DNA of 64,000 bases from Rhynchobatus australiae. Taxonomy: Eukaryota. Where the stretch lies: NCBI GenBank assembly GCA_034780895.1, contig JAUZTB010000042.1:10610975-10674974 (forward strand), read 5' to 3'. The notes under the pieces are model-generated. The model did not search any database. It worked only from the letters and a program-made list of their open reading frames with translations, and was not told where the DNA came from. The position numbers were made by a program, and so were the translations under genes. Shown in pieces: positions 23,172-36,909 of the stretch. The first letter of the stretch is position 1, and each line of letters starts with the position of its first letter.

Positions 23172-24279
23172 GTAAGTGTTAATGATATTGTATTTAAAAT
23201 CGTGAGGGTGTCCACTGGTCACAGCATTTTAATGATATTCTAATCATAGTGGGTTGGTTTCTGGTATCATCTTGTGCTAGTGATATTGTAATCTCAGCAG
23301 CTGCCAGAAATTTCCTACTGTGTTCATGATTTTCATAACTATTAATGCAAGATTTCCTCTGATCACTTTCTTGCTTGAGTTATAAATGTATTTATTTAGC
23401 ACACTTTTGCAGTTCCACTGGAAGTATTGTGCAATGTGAATCTCTTCCTCTGTATTCAGATCCTCTGTTGTGATTAAGTTTCCTTCCACACCACCAGCTA
23501 TGGCATATGGCTGTCTCTCATGAAGCAGACTCTCATATTTGGTGTGAAGTATGCAGGCTGCATATTTGGGGGCTATGCATAATCATAATTTGCTATGCCT
23601 AGCCCCAGGCTGAGCTAGCTTTCAAAGAGCAGAAGTGTTTATGGATGTCTCTGGCATACACAAATGCTTTAAAATAAAAGTTGAAAAAATATTTAATAAG
23701 TAAATACTATCAAATTTTCATAAAATGTTGAAGTACAATATATTAAAACACTTCAAAAACTCCAGAAAATATTAAATTTAAATTAACAGTTCAATCGGAA
23801 ATATGTATTCCTTCTTGCTCACAGCTAGTCCTCTCAATTCAAATAAGTGGGTTCTCCGTTCCTGTGCCTTGTCTAAGCTGATGTAGGTTTGTAGATATGA
23901 AGCATAAGTGCTGGAAAACTGCAGGCATTTATGCACTGTCACTATAAACTCTGAGGAGTCTAACGCCACAGGATAATCAGGAAACCCTCACAATCATGTA
24001 TGGAAATTTAGGACTCTTGTGTTTATCCAGAGTTATAAATTTGGTTTCAGGGCTCTGTAAAAATGTCAGCATTCCCATGCAATGCTACCAGTATTTCTGT
24101 AGAATATTCAGACCATCACTGTACAAGATGCTGACTCTGCAGCCACCTCATTGAATATTTACTTAGTGCACAAGTACAGTTCTGTATATTCAGTCCTATA
24201 ATTCGGAATACGTACATCATTCATTTGCAGTTCCTAGTAGACGGGCACGATTGTTTTTTGTAGAATAGTTCAAGAATAT

Positions 24280-25250
24280 TTCAAGAATGTGAACAGAATA
24301 CAAGCAGGTCCCTCCAACCTGCTCTGCCATTCAGCAAGGTTGTAGCTGATCTGACCTCAACTCCATTTTCCTGCCTGTTTCCCAACACCCTTGATTTTCC
24401 AATAAAACATGTCTGTCTTGACTTAGAACATAGTAAGTGATTCAGCCTTCCTGGGTGAGGGAATTCCAAAGGTACACAAACTTCTGAGAGAAGAGATTCC
24501 TCTTCATTTCTCACCTAAGTGGGTGTCCCTTATTATGAGGTTCTACAATCCCCCATCAGGGGAAAGGTCCTCTCAGCATGATCCTTGTCAAGCCCCCTCA
24601 GGACCTTGGGGTTTCAATAAGATTGCCTCTCCTTTTTGAATATAGGCCCATTTTACTTGACCTTCACCCACATAATCCCTTCAGCCCAGTAACCAGTCCA
24701 GTGAACCCTGTCTGAATTGCCTCCATTGCAGGTATAGAGACTAAACTGTACTCAATGTTGTAAATTTGGTCTCATTAAAGTCCTCTACAATTTTAAAAAT
24801 GGTTGTGCTCCATCCCTCTTGCAATCATAATCAGCATTCCATTTGCCTTCTTAATTACCTGTGTCTGCATTGCTAACTTTCCGTGTATCATGTACAATGA
24901 CACCTAGATTACTGCACAGTCATATCCTTTAATCTCTTTCCATTTAAACTTCCATACTTCCTACTAAAATATGGAAGTTTACATACTTCGGTAGGAAGAA
25001 TGGAAAAGTTCTGCTTTTCCATATTTCCTACTAAAGTGGATAACCTCTTATTTCTCCACATTTTACTTCATCTGCCTGATTGTGGTCCATTCGCTCAACC
25101 TACCTATATCCTTTGTGGTCCCTGTGCATTCTCCTCACAACTTGTTTTCCAGCCCTGCCTGACATTGTACCATCAGCAAGTTCAGCTACGACACAGTAGG
25201 TCCCTTGATCTAAGTTACAAAATCAATTTAAAAAAAATAGTTGTGGCTCC
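24280..25250 (-). mobile_element. Decayed CR1 LINE 3' portion
   Basis: cctgctctgccattcagcaagg...gctgatctgacctcaactcca...gggaattccaaagg...gaagagattcctcttcatttc. Confidence 0.75.
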
Positions 25251-25259
25251 AGCCTTGTA

Positions 25260-25900
25260 GATCTGAAGATTGCCAGTGAGGCCAATCAAGGATTAGCATG
25301 CTCTGTTGCCATTTCGGCATTCATTTCCAGCTGTGATAGCATAAGCTTGTGTTGTTGATCCGGTCCACAACACAAGCTTCCTGTCAATTTTACTTTCCAT
25401 TTGCTGTCACTGCTGTGTAGTTTTAGCTCAGAGTTCCTTGAAATGGGTTCTCACTGAGTGATAAACTCGTATGATTTGGTGGTAATGTTGAGTTCTTCAT
25501 GTTTGTCTTGAAGACATCTTTGAAATGCTTCTTCTGCTTTTCTGTTGAAATGTCTGCCAGGACTGAAACCAGAGAAGCAGATTTGCTTTGGGATCTGGAG
25601 CTCTGTCAATATGACGTGCCAAGCCCTGTGAAGATGATTGTAGCATTGTCATGTTGATGTATTTGCCAAGGTATATGGTAAAATGTGATTATTTGCTTAA
25701 GACTTGAGATCCTCTGCCAGAAAGCTCCCAATTAGCAGCCTCCAGCTGTGGTAATTCAGGTTTGTGTGGAATCCCTGGAGAGCACTAAGCACCTCCCACA
25801 GCTCGGAAGACATCTCTCACAAATGACTGGCGTTGACTAAGAAACCAACCCATGTGTGCAAATGCTTCTGCTGGTTGCTTGAGGAAACTGGATTTTGATC
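25260..25900 (-). mobile_element. Decayed RTE-like LINE fragment
   Basis: agtgaggccaatc...ttgaagacatctttgaaatgcttcttctgc...gagcactaagcacctcccacagc parallels 14400-14900. Confidence 0.45.
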
Positions 25901-25944
25901 ACAGTGTTAGATTCAGAACCAAGCTTGTGGTTCATCATGGAGTC

Positions 25945-26830
25945 AAAGAAAATTTACAACATGTAAGGAGGCCAGTTGGCCATTTTGTTTGTGCTGGTTG
26001 TAAAGGAGTTAATTTAACCATCCAGTATTTGGCCTTTAACCATGCATGTTATGGCTCTTCCAAATGCTTCATAAATTTGATGAATACTTCTGCCTCTTCT
26101 ATCATGTCAGACAGTGAATGATCTCAGTGAATGACCTTTTCATCTCCTGTATATCAATTACTGTAAATCTATTCCTGCTGGTTTTCTTCCCCTCTGCTTA
26201 GTTTTTTCTATTTATTCAATTTAAGCAATTTATAATTTTTTTGGTTCAATTTTTTGTCAGCCCCCTCTGTTCCAAAGGAGAGGACCTTGGCTCTCCTCAT
26301 AGATACATTTCTCCAGTCCTATTTAGAACTTTGTAAACTTCCTTTGCACCTTCTACAGTCTTTCCTGTAATGTAATGACGAGAACAGTATGGTATGCAGT
26401 ATTGAAGCGGTGCCTAACTAGAGTTGTGTGTAGTTCTAACAGAACCTCCTTGCTTACTTGCTGTTTCCTGACCAATAAAGGAAACCTTCCTTCTGCCTTT
26501 TCAATCACCTTATTAACCTGCCCTGCTGTCTTTAAGGATCTATGAATGTACAGTACAGGGTCCCTTTGTTCCTCCACATAACTCAATATCCTGCCACTTA
26601 TTGTATATTCAATAACTTTGTGCTTCCCCAGATGCATTATTTCACTTCTCTAGATTAAATACCAATGTTCATTTTCTTACACAACTGACCAGACCATTTA
26701 TATCTTCCTATTGTCCAAAGCATTTCTTCTTACAGCCAAAGAAATGATTAATTTTTTTTATCCACTGCACATTTCTTTATCATTATCCCAACTATTCAAG
26801 TCCAACTTATATAATACAAAAAGAATAAAG
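25945..26830 (-). mobile_element. Decayed CR1 LINE (ORF2 3' region)
   Basis: ORF 26353-26637(-) MHLGKHK...YTISGRILSYVEEQRD.VL.IHRSLKTAGQVNKVIEKA...ELHTTLVR is the CR1 post-RT segment. Confidence 0.8.
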
Positions 26831-28169
26831 GACTGACCTGTGTTTATTCAGATATATGGTCCTCTCCCTATTCTGCAGAATTCGGATATGGACAGTGCGC
26901 TGGAGATGCTTTAAGGCACTGGAGAAGTATCAGCAGTGCTATCTGTGGAAGATCTAAAATGTGCATAGATAACATAAGTATCCTCCCCGAAGTGTACATT
27001 GAAGCATAATATGCCTTAGATGTTTTATGTAGCCATACAATACATTGCATACCATTTTAAATTGTGCTTTTTTAAATGCTGTTTCTATTTACTTCTGCTC
27101 CTTTCTCATCATCTACTGATAAATTAAGCATGTGCTTGAACAGTTTGGTGTTTCACAATTTTACATTGAATACTTTCATCTTGAGAATGTTTAAACTACG
27201 AAATATCCTTTACTAGTGGGGAGGCTCCAGGAACCCTCTCAGAGTACACTTCCTGGTTCAGTGGTAGCATTCTTGTGGGTTCACCTTTCAGTCCAAATGC
27301 TTGAGCATGTTTTCAATACAGTTCTTGCTCTGTAGTTTCTGTATTCTGCATGCATTTTATTATGCACCTGACATTTATTACATGCTGTCCTTTTAATCTT
27401 TTAGCTATTTAAGGAGAACTAACTTTGGATGCCCCTTTCCCTTTCATTGCAATATGCCCACGTGTTTCCAACTTATTTTCGCTCACTTCGCAGTTAACCT
27501 GCCAATTTTTGTTTTCACTCTACTTATGTCAGACCTCTAGTCACCTGACTGAAATCAACCCACTTCCAGTGGAATATCGTCACTTTTGAACATTCCAGAC
27601 ATTTCCCATTACCATTCTAGGTCAAATATTATTGTGACCACTTTTTCCAAAATGTTCTCTCACTGAAGTGTTTTACTCTTGCGCTCCTCATTCACCATAT
27701 ATCTGTTGTCTAAATTGTTGAGAGCACTTCTCACCCATCAGAAGTCAAAATGTCAAAGATGCAAAAGGGAGCCATGCCATTCTGGTAGCTTGCTAACCGG
27801 TGGTTTAAATTTTTAAAGCACTGATATGTGGAAACGACTGTCACCAGCAATTAACTTATAATTATTACATGGTGTTCCTGTTAACGGCAGCTAGGCATTG
27901 TTGTATTCAAATGACAGCTCAGCCTAAACATAAGCTTCACCGTAGCTGTGGAATAATAGGTTTTCAGTTGCATGGTACAATGTTTCTGTTGCTACAAAAC
28001 AGCATTGGTATAAGCTGCTGTGAGCTGTGTTATGTAGACCTGTTAAAACATTCGAACTACGAGGTATGTGTGTTTAAATTTACGTTATATGTCAGCTTAA
28101 TTCTGAAATATCTTCTATTTAAGTGGTAGTATCAAGAGTTTTTAGTGGGACAGTACTGGAAGCAGGGTG

Positions 28170-28630
28170 GACAAGGAAATTCCATCACTGATTCTTTGAC
28201 ATCAGCAAATAAAAAAGTGGCCTGCTTGATGGGTATCCCATCTATCACTAAACATTCATTCCTTCTACCATTAGCAGCATACACCATCAACAAAATGCAC
28301 TGCAGTTTCTAGACTGGGCTGCTCTCGACCGCACCTCCCAAACCAGCGACTTTCACCAATAAGAAGGATAAGGGCAACAGGTGCATTTGTACATCACCAC
28401 CTACTGGTTCCCTTCCAAGTTGCACGCCATCCTGATTTGGAAATATATTGCCATACTTTCATTGTCACTCAGTCCAAATCTGGATACTCCCTCCACAACA
28501 GCAATGTGGAGTACCTTCCCCAGAAGTATTGCAGTGGTTCAGTAAACAGCTTGTCATCACCTTCTCAAGGGTAATTAGGGATGGGCAATAAATGCGGGCC
28601 TTGCTTGTGATACCCGTGTCCTGAAAATCG
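28170..28630 (+). mobile_element. LINE 3' end (elasmobranch CR1/L2-type family)
   Basis: acattcattccttctacca...aaaatgcactgcag...cacctcccaaacc...tgcagtggttcag...caccttctcaagggtaattagggatgggcaataaatgc. The same tail occurs in reverse at about 17160 and 58200. Confidence 0.75.
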
Positions 28631-29309
28631 ATAAATTTTAAAAAAAATCGTGATAACCTGCAAAGCACCTTTAGTGTGCTAAAATGTTGCAGTGCACTTC
28701 ACAGGGGCATAATCATTTAGAAATTGATATGAAGTGAAGAATGGATGTATTGTAAGGGATGGATGTGAGGTGCAGAGGCAGGGATTTAAAGAAAAAATTC
28801 CAGAAGTTTGGCACAGAATGCATGACTGCCCATAGTGGAAGGAGGAAAAGGGACTTGGGCAAAACTGTAGCAGAGTTGTTCTTGGCAGAGTCCACAAAAG
28901 GAATTGAACCCAAGGATAAGAATTTTTAAATTAAGCCCATGAAGGAACCGTAGTGGTCAACAAGCTGAGGGATGATTGTGAGCAAAATCTGTTTTGACAC
29001 AGGACTGATCACTTGAGCATTTATTGGTTATGATCCTTCTGCAGTATCCTGTTGTTCTGCAACAGACATTATGTACAATAGTAGGAGTAAATGAGTGGAC
29101 ACTAAGGGGGGTGGGTGGGACACTGGGGAAGGGCATAAATTCTTCAGTGGCATTCATCACATTTAAAGCAGTCAAGAAACTGTTTAATAAGGGCAGGATT
29201 GTTACAGATGGGAAAGTTTTTTCCATTTTCCCTGACGTCCTTAATGTTCAAAAATTCATTGATATACTGAACAACTAAGTGCCATTATGGGGTTTGATGG
29301 GATTGGTGA

Positions 29310-29630
29310 GCAGGACAGGCAGCTTTGTTGGAGTTGAGAAAAATATGAGAAGGATTTGGAGGAAGTTAGCAGATTTGGGAACAACAATAGAGCAGTTTGG
29401 GGTGGTTGGAAACAGCTGAAGGGAGGTTTGAAAACAATTAGAGGAAGTTTAAGGTGTGCTGGGAAAAGTTGGAGGAAGGATCCAAGTTTAGGAATAGTTG
29501 GAGGAAGCTTTGGGAAAAGTATTGTAGTTTGGTGGTTAAAATATTAAGGGAGGAACCTTGGGGTGTTCACAATGGGAAGGAAGTTTGTCAGTGAAGATAA
29601 GGTTTGGTAGCAATACTGTGGATTGGTTAG
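29310..29630 (+). repeat. G/A-rich degenerate low-complexity tract
   Basis: Recurrent gtttgg/ggaag/tgggaaaagt units with very few C. Confidence 0.5.
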
Positions 29631-30309
29631 GAACATTTAAGTGGCTTTTAGCTCTACAAGCATTTGAAAATTGATGGTGGGTCCATGAATTGGGTTGAGA
29701 GAGCAATGGCATTGCATTGAAGGATTTGGCTTAATTAAAAAATGCCTCCCAGGTGTAATAGCTATGGAAATGGATTCTGGAATTGTGAGGGAGGAAATGC
29801 CACAGGCTAGGATAATTCTGGGTGATAACATTTGAAGTTATTATATTGTAGGATTGACACGTTGATGTTTCTAGCACAGTGTGTCAAATAGTTACATTAT
29901 AGGAAATGTTAAAGAAAAGTAAAAGCTGCGAACCTCCTCCCACCTCTATTCCTTTTTCTGGACAAGTATTCCAAAGGTATTTTACCAGCACCTTGCCATG
30001 CAGTCTGTTTGATTGTTCAGAGCACTTGTGCGGTAATTGTTCCCTTCATATAGTAAGCAAAACACTTGAGTTTTCGTTTGATTTTACTCTTGGTCTCTAG
30101 GGGAGTAAAAATGAAAAGCCCATTCCTGGAACAGTAACAGGGCCTTCGCTGCAGGAGGTCTCCTGGCAGTGGGGGTGACAGAAACATATTCTCTTCAGAA
30201 TGGGGAGAGCGGCAAGTAGGAAGGAGAGGTGAACATGGCCCCCACAAGCAATAAGGCAGGAAGCAGTATTTCAACTAGTTTTTGAATTCAAAGAGAGAAA
30301 TTCAGAAAT

Positions 30310-30700
30310 TCACATCACATCTTTCATAGACTCAGAAATTCTCAACACGCTTTGGATTGAAAACATATTTCATTGAATGTAGTCAACTGGAAAATGTTAC
30401 TACCAATTTGTACACAGCAAGTTCCCAAAAGCAGAAACAAAGTACAGGCCATATAATCTGTTCTTAGCAAGGCTATTTGAGAAGTACACAGGTGTCAGAA
30501 GATGTTCTATGTATACCTGAGAGAACTCTCAGTTTAACATCTCATCTGAAAGATAGCACAGCAAACTGCACCTTCCTTCAGTGTCGTATAAGTGTCAGGC
30601 CAGATAGTGTCAGGTGAGTTCAGATATCTGGAAAGAGTCTTGATTTTCAGACTTCTCATTCAGTGGCAAAAGTGTGTGACCACCAAGCCAACTGACACCT
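30310..30700 (-). mobile_element. Decayed DeuSINE/SacSINE-like element
   Basis: accaatttgtacacagcaagttccca...cagtttaacatctcatctgaaagatagcac...tgaccaccaagccaactgacacc. Confidence 0.65.
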
Positions 30701-30914
30701 AATATGCAAGTGAAGCTAATAAGAACTACTGGGTGGCCTTGACCTTTCAACCTGAAAGTTCCACTTAGAAATGCTGACTTTTACAAATCTAACTGGGTTG
30801 AAGTTCATCACTCCCTAACAAAGGTGGAAATTCAGAACTACTGCTCAGCTGATTGTCAGTAACAGGACGAATGTAATATTTCATGCACGGCTCCCTACAG
30901 TTTAATCAGCCTGT

Positions 30915-31015
30915 AATGTTAACTATGTTTCTCTCCCCGCAGATGCGGCCTGACCTGCTATTTCCAGCATTTTCTGATTATATTTTAGATTTCCAGCATC
31001 TGCAGTTTTTTTATT
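30915..31015 (+). mobile_element. Penelope-like terminal repeat remnant about 300 bp upstream of the 31317 exon
   Basis: aatgttaactatgtttctctccccgcagatgcggcctgacctgctatttccagcattttctg...gatttccagcatctgcag. Confidence 0.72.
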
Positions 31016-31316
31016 TTAATAATTCATGCATAGAGCCCATAGTGAAATGCCAATTGTTAATAATACCATCATACTTTATAATCCTACGCCCATAGGACCA
31101 AACAACTCATTTAGTCATGAGTATGCAGAATGTCTCATCCACAAGAACAACCCATATATTTTTTTCAATAAAAGTGTGGAAAATTGAGTCTACAATTTTT
31201 GTACCTCAGTGCATTTGCTTTTGATTTGTTGACACTGTCAAGTTTTACAGAAAAATTAAATGAAACATTTATGCAGTTGTGTCATTCAGTCTATTCACTG
31301 TTCTCTATATTTTCAG

Positions 31317-31539
31317 AAAGAAGACATGGTTCTTCATGTAAGGCGACCCTCTCACCAGCTTCATCAACCTCCAATTCCACAACGTCACCAATCCCAATGA
31401 AATCCAAAGCCTGCAGTAGCCATACCACAATTGGTAGCAACTCCAAGCCATTCAAGCCACCAAAAGACAATCTACATACCTCCAATAATAAGCAGCACCA
31501 GGCAGTCTTTCCTTCCAAAGTAACAAGAGAGAAATCATG
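31317..31539 (+). CDS. ATXN7L1: ATXN7L1 internal coding exon, 223 nt, phase 1 to phase 2; encodes (E)RRHGSSCKATLSPASSTSNSTTSPIPMKSKACSSHTTIGSNSKPFKPPKDNLHTSNNKQHQAVFPSKVTREKS(C)
   Basis: Acceptor ttctctatattttcag|AA at 31316/31317 and donor TG|gtgagt at 31539/31540. The translation resembles the vertebrate ATXN7L1 segment ERRHG...SKPFKxPKDNL...KQH.VFP.K..R.K.C that follows the first zinc finger (recalled, not searched). Its end phase matches the next exon (TG+T = Cys). Confidence 0.93.
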
Positions 31540-34500
31540 GTGAGTACTTATAGTTTGATTACATTTATCAGGATGGTCTTTTGGTTATTGCTTTTAAAAA
31601 GGAGATCATTAAAATTATATTTCTCAATTTTGTTCACCTAAGGTATAATGGATTTTTCAGAGCACTCTTAACAGTTTTACTATTAGTTTGAAACCATCCT
31701 CAGTAATTTGTTGAAATGCTGAACGAGCAAGTGCAGTTTGAATCTGTTATGAATCACATAGTAGCTTGATTTAAAAAAAAGCTTTGTGAATAGGCTGTCC
31801 TTAAGCTGAAGAAATGATGCTTAAATTGACTCTATTTACATAAGTTCATAAAGATTTTTTTTATTGCAAAAGGAAAGTTAATCTATTTTTCCATAATTGC
31901 CTTTCTTTCACTTATATTTCCTGTTGCTAATTTGGAAGTGCAATGTACTGGAACATCTACTGAAAAAATCTGTCTTTGATGGAACTAAGTTTCTAGTTTT
32001 CATGAGATTAATTTGTTTAGAAGGGGAAATGGGCCAGTGTTGCTAATATTCAGAAGGTCTGTTTCTAAAGTACTTCAGAAACCCAGAACAGACTTGCCTA
32101 CCTTGAAATCCCTGTTATGCCAGCAAACTTAAAAAAAAGTGCTCCTCTTTATGTTGTGAGCAAGCCTGCAGCTCATCGTGGTGTGACAAAACCAACTTCC
32201 GAGTGTATTCGTGAAAGCCGCTTTAATATATTACCCTCTCCTCTGTTTTCCTAGTCTTACTTCAGAAGCTAACTCCATTTCTGGCTCTACAGAATCAGCT
32301 GCCCTTCAATTTCTCATCTGAGAACAATGTTTCACCTGTGAGGCTAGATAATGAGTATTGGCAGATGATCTGTAAGGAAAATTATCCAACAGAAGTCCCT
32401 GAATTGCAAAGCATCTTATCGTTGAAATGAATTACAGTTGCAATGTCATCAGTCCAGTATAAATAAGTACAACTCAGGCCTGCAGATTTCTTGGTTGTAA
32501 GGTCATCATAATGATTTTATTAACTCTACCACCTGCAATTAAAGTATTTTGCTAATTGAAGTGAACCCTTTTGCATCAATGCTTTTTTCCAAACAAGGAA
32601 TGGATACTGTTTTCCAGTCTATTTTGTCATGGTTTACTTTCATTAGTCGTTCATTGTTACCTCTGCGGGACATTGAGGCAGGAGAGTTCTTGTGGAATGC
32701 ACAACTGGAAACTTGAAAAAATTGGCCATCCAGCCTTGTAATTTGTTTTGGAAATGAAGGCGAATGTTGTCTGTGCTGCTGAGATATTTTTGTTCACAAT
32801 TCTGTAACACCAGATATAGTTCTGGCACTGATGCCTGCACAACATTTGCTGTGCAATCTATAAGTGTGGCAGTGTCATGTATTGTCATGGTTTGAAAATA
32901 CTGACTAAGTGAAATACTAAAATCAGGGGCACAGTAGGGCCGTGGTTAAGTTACTGGCCAGCAGTGGGTAATTTCTGCATCATTGATCCAGACACAGGTT
33001 CAAATCCCACTCTGATAACCTGGAATTTAAGTTGTGTTAAATAAATCTGGAATTTTAAATGTTACTGTCAGTATTGGAAACTCATCTCGTTCACTCATGC
33101 CCTTTCCCAATATGGTATATTATGACCTCAGACCTGCCNNNNNNNNNNCTTAACTCCCTCTGCCGAGGATTAGACTATAAATTCTGATATTCTATTGATA
33201 ACCATGTCTTATGATAAAGTGAATAAAATTGTTTTTTTCCATTTAAATTATTTGGGAATAAATACCTTTTTTTATGTATGTTTTTATTTGGGAATAATTT
33301 ATAAGTTAGGAGCTTTATTAAGCCATTTAGCTCTTAAAGCACATTCTAGTGTTCAGATCAGGATTGAACTGTATCCTAATTCTATTTAAGCACATTGGTT
33401 CGATAAGCTTAATTTAGTCATTAAGTCTATAAATCTTTGTTTCAGTTATGAAATCTTGAAATAAGTTAGCTCAGTTTTGGGAGAAGGGTTCTGAATTTCC
33501 ATCGCCTTTGCAGGGAGGGTGGGGGGAGGGGGGAATGGTTCCTGAATCCATCCCAAAATAGCACAGCTTTTTAGTCTCTCTTATCCTCATGTTCTCAGCT
33601 TCCCAACCTAGAGGACAAGAAACACTCTCAGCTGTGCCATTTTGCAGTGTTATCTTGAGGGACAATAATGTGCAAGGCTTTGAGTAATAAGGCTGATTAA
33701 TTAGATTGCTCTGTGAGGAACTAGCATTGGCTTGATGGACCAAGTGGCTTGCTTTTGTGCTGTAATAATTCTATGACCTTATTGAATCTCATAATCATCT
33801 ACCATTAGATTACCCCTCAATCTTCGATACTAGAGGAAATTCATTGATATTACAGAAAGAGTCTGATAATTGGCTATGTGATTGTTTGGAAATCCGTTTC
33901 GCATGCTCCCTTTGAACTCACTAGGGCTCTGTTTCCAATGGTCTCTTTAAACTCTTCTGGTTTGTTGGAAAATTTATTCTACTGTGTAACACCTTAAAGC
34001 AAAAAGTGTATTAAATGTGTGTAGGAGTATCAGTAGGGATAACATCCAATAGTCCAGAAAATCTGGCCAGTCCAGTACCACAAATCTTGAGGATGTAGGA
34101 TTATTGTTTTACTGTAGTTGTGGACAAATTATTGAAGCAAGTATTGTGATAACTAAAAATATGGGGAGACAAAACCAGACTATAGATGCAGAAATCTTAC
34201 AAGGTCAACAGAAGTGTGTATTTCTATTGTTAAATATCTGATTCAGTTTTTTTTTAAGTTCCAAAATAGCCTTCAGTGAAATGAACTTCTCAGTCATAAA
34301 CTCGGTAACTGAACATCCATCACCCTCTGAACAGAGAATGCCAAAGATTCATAACTTTGTGATTGAAACTCATCCCAGTCCTAAATGGCTGATATTGTGA
34401 TCCTTGGTGTCAACCAGCCCTCAGGAATTCTGTACATTTCAGTAAAGTCACCTTTCATTCTTTAACATGCAGAATAGAGATACATTCTCCTCAGTATGAA

Positions 34501-36909
34501 CTGAAGGAATCAATCCAACAAACCTTCATTGCAGCCTCAACTGCGGCTCCAAGCACAGTCTCACAAAATTCTATGTAATTGCAGCAAGATTTCCTTATTT
34601 CTTTTTTCCAAACTACTTGCAAAAATAACTGGTGTTTGATTTTCCTTTCTGTTTGCTGAACCTACATGTTAATTTTCTTTAACTAATGTCCAAGGGGCTT
34701 CAAATCCCTCTGTATACCGTGATTTACTAGTCCATCCCCTTTTTTATGAAAACAAGTATGCTTTGCTGTTCATCCAACCAAAGTAGACATGTTTGTATTT
34801 CCCCAGATGATAATTCCACTTGCTACCATTTTGCATAACTTGTCCCAATCCCTTCTTATTATTTATAAGATTCCCAGTTTAAATCTGCCATGAATTCTGT
34901 CCTTTGCTGTTTAACTTCAACATTCCAATGAAACCAGTGCATTTCTGGTTTCAAATTCAAATTACAGTGAGGCCAGTTTGAACCTGGTTTAAGATTGAAA
35001 TTACAATGACGCTGGATCATTTCCATTTTGAAATAGAAGAACTAGAATGGTACTTGCCATCATGTGCAATATTATTTACATGCCACTAAAGACCTGGAAA
35101 AGATTTTGTTTATTTCATATAAGAGATTCAAAGGCAGGTAAAGCTATTGAAGGATACAACTGAATGGCTTTGAAGTTAGGTTGATTTNNNNNNNNNNNNN
35201 NNNNNNNNNNNNNNNNNNNNNNNNNNNNNNNNNNNNNNNNNNNNNNNNNNNNNNNNNNNNNNNNNNNNNNNNNNNNNNNNNNNNNNNNNNNNNNNNNNNN
35301 NNNNNNNNNNNNNNNNNNNNNNNNNNNNNNNNNNNNNNNNNNNNNNNNNNNNNNNNNNNNNNNNNNNNNNNNNNNNNNNNNNNNNNNNNNNNNNNNNNNN
35401 NNNNNNNNNNNNNNNNNNNNNNNNNNNNNNNNNNNNNNNNNNNNNNNNNNNNNNNNNNGTAAAACAGGATTAGTGTAAATGGATGCTTGATGGTTGGTGC
35501 ACGGTCAGGCCGAAAGGTCTGTCTTTACATTGTATGATTCTGATTTTATGAAATTGAATCTTATTACAGCACAGGTATCTCCAGAGAGAGAGCAGCTCAT
35601 GAAGTGACAGCAGCTGTCCTATTTATCATTTATTCCTCATGACTGCTGAGGTTTCAACATGTATTCATATGCAGTCATCATGATCTTGTCAAATACAATC
35701 CACAGTATATATGGGATGAAAGTTAGCAAACTAAGAATGCTTCCACTGTTAGCAGATAAGGAATATGAATAGGTCAATAAATGTAATTTTCTTACTGGGT
35801 TCTATTATGGTTAAACACACTCCTGCAGCAAGATGGTGAATTGTCAGGCTTACTTACAGCTGCCATAAGTATGCTTTTGTGATTCCAGTCGGGTCTTTAT
35901 ACAGTAGGCTCATTTTTCCAGTTTTTTATTGACCCTAGCCTTGTTTGAGCTTGAGCCAGCAAAGCTCATAACATTTGGAGATCAGAATCAAATTCATACC
36001 CACCTCTTGCTCATCAAGGTAATGAATGCCTTACCTCTAGACAAAGTGCTCTAAATGATTGGTTAAATACCATTTGCCACTGGAATATTCATTGAATTCA
36101 GGACCTGTCTAAAACCCTGAGGACCTAAACAGTATACCAACTCATTGTCGTTGATTTTGTTTAATCGGTTTGTTAACATTTTACATTAATGTTTTGATGC
36201 TTCCTTTGATAATCTTCTGGGTATGCACTGACTGTTACAGACTCATGAAGAGCTCTATAATGCATTGACCTTCTCTAAATCTGTTCAATGCTCCGCATGT
36301 TTTCTAGATTGACAGAGAATCTCAATTTATGTCTATTCCATGAGAGAGGAGCAAGTAAAACATGATGTGGGGAAACAGTGAAAAAAATTCTTTTTCTGTC
36401 TTTCACTTTACATGAAGAAAATCATAATTTCTCTTTATTTTTTAAAGGTGTATCATCCTCTTTGTTCCCTTGTGGTCTCACTAGAACATGCTTCTCCTTC
36501 TGCTGCGGTCATAAGGAAGGATAGGTGAGCTGGTCCAACATCTCCACCTATACCATTCTTCAACTGGCTGTTCACAAGCATTGATAGCAGCCTATTGGCA
36601 ACTCCATCACTTTTTTTCTTTCAATCCACCCAACACTTATAGTGGGCTGTTTGGCTTCTACTTGATGCTTTGGCACAGCAGCACAACTGAGATTTGGAAG
36701 TCCAAAATATGGACAAAATTACCCTGCATTATCATGATATAGAATTACCAAGAAACTGTTACACATTCGACCCAATCAATCTGTGTTTGTACTGTACATA
36801 AGCAATAATAATCCCATATACTCACCTTGTTCTCATGTCTCTATATTCTCTCCTTCAACCAATTCTTTAACCAATGCTTAAATGTTGACGGGGTCTGTTT
36901 CAGTCACTG

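Noticed and set aside
31291-31518. Minus-strand ORF of 75 aa
   Set aside because: Antisense shadow of the ATXN7L1 exon.
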